Shown here one piece after another: positions 57,906-64,000 of a DNA stretch of 64,000 nucleotides. Source of the stretch: Thermoanaerobaculia bacterium (GTDB lineage Bacteria > Acidobacteriota > Thermoanaerobaculia > Multivoradales > UBA5704); assembly GCA_044226625.1 (NCBI GenBank), contig JBGAGQ010000002.1:128001-192000 (forward strand), read 5' to 3'. Both the position numbers and the translations under genes were made by a program. The number at the start of each line of letters is the position of its first letter. Position 1 is the stretch's first letter. The notes below the pieces were generated by a model that saw only the letters and a program-made list of their open reading frames with translations, had not been told where the DNA came from and did not search any database.

Positions 57906-60368
57906 TCACAAGAGCTGCTGGGGATCGACGTCGACGATCAGATCCCCGGCGAACGCGATCTGGCCGAGGACGTCCGCAAGCACCGTATGCAGATCGCGCA
58001 GCGACGCAGAGCGCAGGAGGAGCTGGAAGCGCCACTCCCCGCGTAGGCGTTCGAACGGCGCGGGAGCCGGGCCGGTGCGGCGGATCGAAGCCGCCTTCGC
58101 GTGGTTGCTCACCCGGTTGGAGAGCTCGGCGAGGCGGTCGTGGGCGCGCTCCCGGTTGCGGTCCTCGGCAAGGATCTGTACCAGTCGCGAATACGGCGGA
58201 TAGCGAAAGGCGCGACGAAAGCGGAGCTCCTCGCGCACGAACCCTTCGTCATCCCCACGAAGAGCGGCCTGGATCGCGTAGTGCTCGGGATGGTACGTCT
58301 GGTAGATCACCTTGCCCGGGCGGTCGCCCCGTCCTGCGCGTCCAGCGAGCTGGACCAGCAGGTTGTAGGTCCGCTCCACCGCGCGAAAATCGGGGAAACC
58401 GAGATAGCTGTCGGCGGCGAGCACCGCGGTTAAAGAGACGTTCGGGAAATGGTGCCCTTTGGAGACCATTTGCGTCCCGATCAGAACCTGTGATTCGCCG
58501 CGCGAGAACCGCTCGAGCAGCGCGGCCGGTCCTCCCGGACGGCGCGCGGTATCGCGGTCGAGCACGGCGACCTCGACGCCGGGGAAGAGATCGGAAAACA
58601 TCTCTTCGACCCTCTCGGTGCCGGCACCGATCGGTTCGAGCGCGGCCTCGGAGCAGATCGGACAGGTCGCGGGCACCGGCCGCATCGAACCGCAGTAGTG
58701 GCAGATCAGCTCGCGGTCGCGCAGGTGGAGCGTCCGCGGCAGACCGCAGTCGTCGCAACGGAAGTCCTCGCCGCAGGCCCGACAGAGGAGCATCGGCGAG
58801 TAGCCGCGACGGTTGCGCAGGAGGATCGCCTGCTCGCCGCGCCCGAGCGCCTCGGCGATCTCGGTTTTCAGGCGCTCCGAGAAATGGATCTCGCCCGGCA
58901 CGCGTCGCGGCGCCTCCGTGCGGAGGTCGACCAGGATTCCCTCCGGCAGGCTCCCCTGCCCCGCGCGCGCCGAGAGCCGGAGCGGCGTGAGCTTGCCCTG
59001 CTCGGCGTTCCACCGGCTCTCGAGGCTCGGCGTCGCCGAGACCAGGAGCGCCGTCGCGCCCGCCGCGCGCGCCCGGACCAGCGCGAGATCGCGCCCCTGA
59101 TAGCGCGGCGCGAGCTCCTGCTTGTAGGCGGGATCCTGCTCTTCGTCGACGACGATCAGCCCCAGGCGCGCAACCGGCGCGAACAGCGCCGACCGGGGTC
59201 CGAGCACTACCCGCGCTTCGCCGCGCCGCACGCGCTCCCATTCCTGATGGCGCTCGCCCGGGCCGAGCCCCGAATGCAGGATCGCGAGATCCGCGCCGAA
59301 TCGGCGTTCGACCTCGCGCGCGAGCGCAGGAACCAACGCGATCTCCGGGACGAGAAGGATCGCCGACCTGCCGGCGGCGAGCGCCGCCTCGGCCGCCCGC
59401 AGATAAACCTCGGTCTTCCCCGCGCCGGTCATACCGACCAGGAGAAAGGGCGCGTATCCGCCGGCCGAGATCGCTCCTTCGAGTGCCGCCACCGCCGTGG
59501 CTTGGTCCGTACGCAGCTCGAAGGGAGCCGTTTCCCGCTCGCCCAGCATGTGCCGGTCGAGCGCCAGCCGCTCGACCTGTGTGAACTTGCGCACCAGCCC
59601 TAGATCGGCCAGCCGCTTCAGGACCGCCGGGCTCGCCTCGGCGAGCGCCGCCAGCTCGGCCGTGGTCGCCGGCCGGCCGATCGCCGCGAGATACTCGATC
59701 GCCGCCTTGCCCGGCGCCGACCGCCCGCATGCCTTGAGCTGGTCTTCTTTCGAGCCAGGGGCGAGCTCGTAGGCCGTCACGTAGCGGGCTCCACGGGCCG
59801 CACGCTCCTCCGTGGCGATCCAGCCGCGCTCTTCAAGGTCGAGAAGCACGCGGCCGATCGGACGCGCCGGCTCGGGGGGCATCGATCCCGGCGGCCTCAA
59901 CGCCTCCGGATCCGCGAGGCTCGCCGCGAGCTCGCCGGCGTTCGCCCGGCCGAGATCGCGCAGCGCGTCGAGGAGCCGGCGCTCGTCGGGATCCCGAGGT
60001 GTCGCCAGGGCTCCGGCATCGGTCAGCCAGACCTTCCGGTTGCCCTGCGGGGGAAGGTCACCCGGCACCATTGCGCGGACCACTTCGCCGATCGGCGCGA
60101 AGTAATAGTCGGCAGCGAAGCGAGCGAGGTCGAGCAGATCGGCGGGGACTACCGGCTCGAGATCGACGATCTCTTCGAGGGGCCGGACCTCGAACCCTTC
60201 GGGCCGCCGGTCGTGGACGCCGAGCACCAAGCCGGTCAAACGGCGCTTGCCGACCCGGACCTTGGCGCGGACGCCGGGCTGCGCGACCGGCGCGATCCCG
60301 GAAGGAACTTCGTAGGTGAGGGGGGCCGGCAGCGGGAGCGGAACCGCGATCTCGGCGTACGTCGGCAT
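57906..60368 (-). CDS. priA: Primosomal protein N'
   Basis: GMTGAGKTEVY, LVPEIAL, VDEEQD, SATPS, four CxxC, GTQMVSKG, QLAGRAGR and VDVDP motifs. Confidence 0.97.
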   Translation of the reverse strand: MPTYAEIAVPLPLPAPLTYEVPSGIAPVAQPGVRAKVRVGKRRLTGLVLGVHDRRPEGFEVRPLEEIVDLEPVVPADLLDLARFAADYYFAPIGEVVRAMVPGDLPPQGNRKVWLTDAGALATPRDPDERRLLDALRDLGRANAGELAASLADPEALRPPGSMPPEPARPIGRVLLDLEERGWIATEERAARGARYVTAYELAPGSKEDQLKACGRSAPGKAAIEYLAAIGRPATTAELAALAEASPAVLKRLADLGLVRKFTQVERLALDRHMLGERETAPFELRTDQATAVAALEGAISAGGYAPFLLVGMTGAGKTEVYLRAAEAALAAGRSAILLVPEIALVPALAREVERRFGADLAILHSGLGPGERHQEWERVRRGEARVVLGPRSALFAPVARLGLIVVDEEQDPAYKQELAPRYQGRDLALVRARAAGATALLVSATPSLESRWNAEQGKLTPLRLSARAGQGSLPEGILVDLRTEAPRRVPGEIHFSERLKTEIAEALGRGEQAILLRNRRGYSPMLLCRACGEDFRCDDCGLPRTLHLRDRELICHYCGSMRPVPATCPICSEAALEPIGAGTERVEEMFSDLFPGVEVAVLDRDTARRPGGPAALLERFSRGESQVLIGTQMVSKGHHFPNVSLTAVLAADSYLGFPDFRAVERTYNLLVQLAGRAGRGDRPGKVIYQTYHPEHYAIQAALRGDDEGFVREELRFRRAFRYPPYSRLVQILAEDRNRERAHDRLAELSNRVSNHAKAASIRRTGPAPAPFERLRGEWRFQLLLRSASLRDLHTVLADVLGQIAFAGDLIVDVDPQQLL

Positions 60369-60374
60369 CCGGCC

Positions 60375-60635
60375 CTAGCTCTCTCCTCCCGGCCGCGGGC
60401 GGCAGACCTCGGAGCAATACGCCCGACCCTCCACGTCGATCACCGCGGCGCGACCGATCGGCACGTGGGTGCCGCACGTGGCGCACCGGATCAAGGTCAT
60501 CGCGGTTGGAGGTCCCGGAGTGCCGGTGGGTTGGCGCGGGGAAGAACGCGGGCTAGGCACCGGCGCGAGCGCGCGCTGGATCCAGGTCCAGACGATCCAA
60601 CCGAGGATCGCAAGCTCGAGCAGCCGCCAGATCAA
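60375..60635 (-). CDS. Small membrane-anchored Zn-binding protein (PP0621-like)
   Basis: N-terminal TM; CATCGTHVP...YCSEVC; TTG start overlaps the upstream TGA. Confidence 0.65.
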   Translation of the reverse strand: MIWRLLELAILGWIVWTWIQRALAPVPSPRSSPRQPTGTPGPPTAMTLIRCATCGTHVPIGRAAVIDVEGRAYCSEVCRPRPGGES

Positions 60636-61306
60636 GCCGCGGCCTTTCGGCGTTTCTCGATCTCGCCGCGCAGCCGGTCGATCTCGGGATTCTGCGGCTG
60701 GGCCGCCTTGAGCTGGTCGAGGACCCGCACCGCCTCGTCGTAACGGCCGAGGTCGAGCCCGAGGACGATCGCCTGGTTGAAACGCGACTGCCAATGGTCG
60801 GGCGCCATCTTCTCCGCTTCGCGGAATCGGGTGAGAGCCTGCTCCGATTCGCCGAGCTCGCGGTGGGTGATGCCGAGATCGGTGAGGAGGTCCGCGTCGG
60901 GTTTGGCGAGCTTGGCGAATTGGAGGTAGAGATCCCGCGCCCGGGTCCAGTTGCCGATGTCGAAATTCAGATTCGCGAGCTTGCGCACCGCGTCGGCGTC
61001 GTCGGGATGCTGATCGACGTACTCCTTGAGCTTCCGGATCTCCTCCATCCCGGGGCCGCCGCTACCGGGCGCGCCCGGAGGCATGCCACCGGCCGTGGGC
61101 GCCGCGGCCGCCGTCTCGGCCGATCCACCGGCGCCGGCTGGGGCAGACAGCGGGGCGGTGGAATCGCCCGAGCCGGTGCTTTCGACCGGCATGCCGGCGA
61201 TTCGGCGCGGCGGCTGCTTGGCGGCGATCGCCTCGAATGCGAGGTAGGCACCGACGAATCCGAGGAGGAAGCCGAACAGCAGAAAGAGCAGATTGTCGCG
61301 ATTCAC
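60632..61306 (-). CDS. Membrane-anchored TPR protein
   Basis: TM LLFLLFGFLLGFVGAY, Pro/Gly linker, TPRs (LANLNFD, LTDLG, FNQAIV). Confidence 0.8.
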   Translation of the reverse strand: MNRDNLLFLLFGFLLGFVGAYLAFEAIAAKQPPRRIAGMPVESTGSGDSTAPLSAPAGAGGSAETAAAAPTAGGMPPGAPGSGGPGMEEIRKLKEYVDQHPDDADAVRKLANLNFDIGNWTRARDLYLQFAKLAKPDADLLTDLGITHRELGESEQALTRFREAEKMAPDHWQSRFNQAIVLGLDLGRYDEAVRVLDQLKAAQPQNPEIDRLRGEIEKRRKAAA

Positions 61307-62103
61307 TCGATGTCCTCTTGTTGGATCGTTTCGGTCTCGTCGGCCGGAACCCGCGTACCGGTCCAAGTTCCCGCACCTGTACCTCGCCCGGTCGCGGGGT
61401 CGATCGCCTGCCAGCTGCCTTGCAGTTGACCGCTCGCCCGATCGAAGCCGCCGGACAGCGAGCGCGTCGGCGAGCCGACGATCGCGACCGGCTCGAGCTG
61501 GAGATCGTTGCCCTGGTGGCTGCCGCGGATCGCGACTCTCGTGCCGTCCGGCAAGGTCAGCGTTCCGAACACCACCGCGTCGGCGATCTCAAGCTCGGCC
61601 GTGCCCAGAGGTCCGACGGAGTCGAGCACCAGCCGCCAACGGCCGGCGAGCCCCTCTTCGGTCTTGACCGCCTCGGGGACCCCGAAGGCCGCGGGCGCCA
61701 TGCGCGCCAGCCCCGCGATGCGCCGCAGCCGGTCCAAGACCGCGTCGAGCGCGCGCGTGGTCCGCGCCGCCGCGCGGTCGAGATCCTCCCTCGCCTCGGC
61801 CGCTTCGCGCGCCGCGCGGACGGGTGGTGTCGCTCCCCCCTGTGCGAGCTGGTCGTCGAGACGGGCGGAGAGCTCGTCGACCCGGAGCCGCGCGCCGACC
61901 TCTTGCGTGCGTGCCTCGCGATATGCCGTGAGATCGCCCTCGAGCAGCCGCCTTTCCAGGACGAGTTCGACCTCGATCCTCGCGCGGTCGAAAGTGGGCT
62001 CTGCTCCCTCTTCGGCCCGCGCCACCGAAGGCGCGAAGGCGGGCACGGCGAGGGCGACGATCAGGGCGCTGACCGCGGATCGGACGAGGCGTCGAGTGGG
62101 CAT
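61303..62103 (-). CDS. Secreted hypothetical protein
   Basis: Signal peptide, coiled coil and C-terminal beta-rich domain (LQGSW...GTWTG). Confidence 0.65.
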   Translation of the reverse strand: MPTRRLVRSAVSALIVALAVPAFAPSVARAEEGAEPTFDRARIEVELVLERRLLEGDLTAYREARTQEVGARLRVDELSARLDDQLAQGGATPPVRAAREAAEAREDLDRAAARTTRALDAVLDRLRRIAGLARMAPAAFGVPEAVKTEEGLAGRWRLVLDSVGPLGTAELEIADAVVFGTLTLPDGTRVAIRGSHQGNDLQLEPVAIVGSPTRSLSGGFDRASGQLQGSWQAIDPATGRGTGAGTWTGTRVPADETETIQQEDIE

Positions 62104-62140
62104 GCCGGATGGATTCTAACGGCAGAACCGGCCGAAACGT

Positions 62141-62171
62141 CGAAGGCCGCTCGAAACTCGAGCGGCCTTCG
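62141..62171 (-). terminator. Perfect 14-bp stem-loop downstream of carD
   Basis: CGAAGGCCGCTCGA-AAC-TCGAGCGGCCTTCG. Confidence 0.65.
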
Positions 62172-62202
62172 GGTGAGACGGAGACGATGCGATCTCGGAA
62201 GG

Positions 62203-62727
62203 TCAGCTCGCCGCCTTGGCGGAGGTCCCTTGCCGCTTCATCAGGCTCGAGGTGAGCGAGCGCTCGACGAGCTCTTCCGCATCCCGCTCGCCGATGTTCT
62301 TGACATGGGCGACCTCGCTGACGATGAAGTACTTCGCCCGCTCGTACATCTTCTTCTCGCGGAACGAGAGGCTCTTGCGCTGCGACACGAGGCGAAGGTT
62401 CTTGAGCACCTCGGCCACCTCGGTGAGGCGCCCCGTCTTCATCTTGTCGAGGTTCTGCTTGTAGCGGCCCTTCCAGTCTTTGTAGGTATCGATGTTGCCG
62501 TCTTCCAAGATCTCGAACAGGGCGCGGATGTCGCGCGTGGCACAGAGGGGCCGCAAGCCGACGAGCTCGAGATTCGACTTCGGCACCATGACCTTCGAGT
62601 TGTTCGACAGCAGCTTCAGGTGATAGAAGGTCTGGTCCATCCCGGCGATCTGGCTCGCTTCGATTTTCTCGACGAGGCTGACCCCGTGGTTGGGGTAAAC
62701 CACCTTCTGACCGACTTTGAATGTCAC
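62203..62727 (-). CDS. carD: CarD/CdnL family transcription factor
   Basis: FKVGQKVVYPNHGV, VMVP, VGLR, WKGRY and LSFREKKM motifs. Confidence 0.93.
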   Translation of the reverse strand: MTFKVGQKVVYPNHGVSLVEKIEASQIAGMDQTFYHLKLLSNNSKVMVPKSNLELVGLRPLCATRDIRALFEILEDGNIDTYKDWKGRYKQNLDKMKTGRLTEVAEVLKNLRLVSQRKSLSFREKKMYERAKYFIVSEVAHVKNIGERDAEELVERSLTSSLMKRQGTSAKAAS

Positions 62728-62805
62728 GATCCGGGCTCCCGTGGAGGTTGGAGAAAACGAGGAGTGAAGAGTAAGTCTCTGGGAGACTTACGCTTACGCC
62801 GATAT

Positions 62806-62834
62806 CTTATACACCAGGCGCGCCGTTTCGTCAA
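62806..62834 (-). promoter_or_regulatory. carD sigma70 promoter
   Basis: TTGACG, 17 bp spacer, TATAAG. Confidence 0.6.
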
Positions 62835-62916
62835 GCGCCTCGGCACCGAAACGACCCGTTTCGCCCCGGAATTCCCGCCCAAGTTACGCCCGTTTCGCAC
62901 AAGGCGATGTTCCGAT

Positions 62917-62945
62917 TTGACACCCCGCCGGCCAGGTCCTACGAT
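62917..62945 (+). promoter_or_regulatory. tRNA promoter
   Basis: TTGACA, 17 bp spacer, TACGAT, followed by a C-rich discriminator. Confidence 0.75.
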
Positions 62946-62955
62946 CCCCCTCCCG

Positions 62956-63041
62956 GCCGAAGTGGCGGAATGGCAGACGCAGTGGACTCAAAATCCACCG
63001 ACCGCAAGGTCGTAGGGGTTCGACTCCCCTCTTCGGCACCA
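62956..63041 (+). tRNA. tRNA-Leu (CAA)
   Basis: GCCGAAG/CTTCGGC acceptor stem, GTGGA-CTCAAAA-TCCAC anticodon arm, long variable arm, GTTCGA T-loop, encoded CCA. Confidence 0.97.
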
Positions 63042-63076
63042 AGAAACCTTCTCAGGACGACCTCGACGACCGCTCG

Positions 63077-63697
63077 ATGCTCGCGGCCCACGACGCCCTC
63101 GCCCGCCTCCGTGAAGGAAATCTCCGTTTCGTCTCCGACGTTCGGAGCAATCTGACCTCGCCCACCCGGTCGCGCCGCCAGGAGCTGGCCGCCGGGCAGG
63201 AACCGTTCGCCATCATCCTCGGCTGCTCGGATTCCCGGGTACCTGCCGAAATCGTCTTCGACCAGGGGCTCGGCGACCTGTTCGTGATCCGCGTGGCGGG
63301 CAACATCGTCTCCCCGTCCCAGATCGGCAGCGTCGAGTTTGCCGCCGCGCGGTTCGGAACACCCCTGGTGGTGGTTCTAGGGCACTCGAGCTGCGGCGCC
63401 ATCCTGGCGACCCTGGAAGAGATCGGCCGGCCGTCCGAAGCCCAGTCGCGCGGTCTCCAGTCGATCGTGAGCCGCGTCCGCCCGGCGGTCGAGCCCCTGC
63501 TCGGCACCGAGCTGGCCAAAGACCCGGAGCGGCTGGTCGAAGAAGCCGTGCGGGCGAACATCCGCGCCTCGGCCGATACGCTACGCAACGGCTCTGAGAT
63601 CCTGGTCCAGCTGATCCAGAACGACGGTCTGCTGGTCGTGGGCGCCGAGTACTCTCTGAAGACGGGAGTCGTCGACTTCTTCGACGGCGTCCCCTAG
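63077..63697 (+). CDS. Beta-class carbonic anhydrase
   Basis: GCSDSRVP, RVAGN and GHSSCGA motifs. Confidence 0.95.
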   Translation: MLAAHDALARLREGNLRFVSDVRSNLTSPTRSRRQELAAGQEPFAIILGCSDSRVPAEIVFDQGLGDLFVIRVAGNIVSPSQIGSVEFAAARFGTPLVVVLGHSSCGAILATLEEIGRPSEAQSRGLQSIVSRVRPAVEPLLGTELAKDPERLVEEAVRANIRASADTLRNGSEILVQLIQNDGLLVVGAEYSLKTGVVDFFDGVP

Positions 63698-63719
63698 CGC
63701 CCCGGTCCCTTCCCCACGA

Positions 63720-63998
63720 TCAACCCGCGCAGCACCCTCCGACCTCGAGCGCCGGTAGGAGCGTCGCCGGGGGCACCGCGCCCACGATCGTCGGGATCCC
63801 CTCGTCGTCGCCGGCGCCGGAGTCGAGCACCAGCTGCTTGAACCGGGTCCAAGGAAACCGGGGCCCCGGGTCGGAGCGGCGAGTCGGATCGAGCTTGGCG
63901 TGCGATACCACGTGCTTCAGGTTCGGATATTTCGACCAGCAGCGGCGGACGATCCGAGCGGTCGCCTCGACCTGCCAATCGGAGAATGCGTCCGACGA
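63720..63998 (-). CDS. C-terminal part of an AmpD-like N-acetylmuramoyl-L-alanine amidase (5' end outside the window)
   Basis: FSDWQVEATARIV...VVSHAKLDPTRRSDPGPRFPW. Confidence 0.7.
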   Translation of the reverse strand, partial: SSDAFSDWQVEATARIVRRCWSKYPNLKHVVSHAKLDPTRRSDPGPRFPWTRFKQLVLDSGAGDDEGIPTIVGAVPPATLLPALEVGGCCAG

Positions 63999-64000
63999 CG

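Noticed and set aside
62956-64000. Integrative element at tRNA-Leu
   Set aside because: No integrase and no duplicated tRNA 3' end noticed in the window; the next gene is a carbonic anhydrase.

Overview
High-GC chromosomal window, probably from an Acidobacteriota (Thermoanaerobaculia-like) genome. This is inferred from an ADOP-type permease, a fused LptF-LptG, a PAATLLxPYF secreted protein and ECF/TPR modules. The left half holds fhs, an MNT-HEPN pair, glgCA, lipB-nadQ, an ABC transporter, nadABC with two NadQ boxes, and lipA. It then carries a 6.2-kb signalling island (24.4-30.6 kb): a loop-less enhancer-binding-like AAA+/Fis protein, three paralogous Cys-conserved ECF sigma factors, two soluble zinc-finger anti-sigma/TPR proteins and a small secreted peptide. 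A dif-like Xer site at 33721-33748 sits where gene orientation switches from mostly + to mostly -, directly downstream of an atypical parA-parB pair. The right half is mostly housekeeping (miaB, regulatory PTS, rpoN, lpt, recJ, accA, priA, carD, tRNA-Leu) plus three secreted heme/phosphatase genes. glgC, nadC and lipA each show an internal deletion, which may be real decay or assembly error. All calls come from motif reading by eye; no searches were run.
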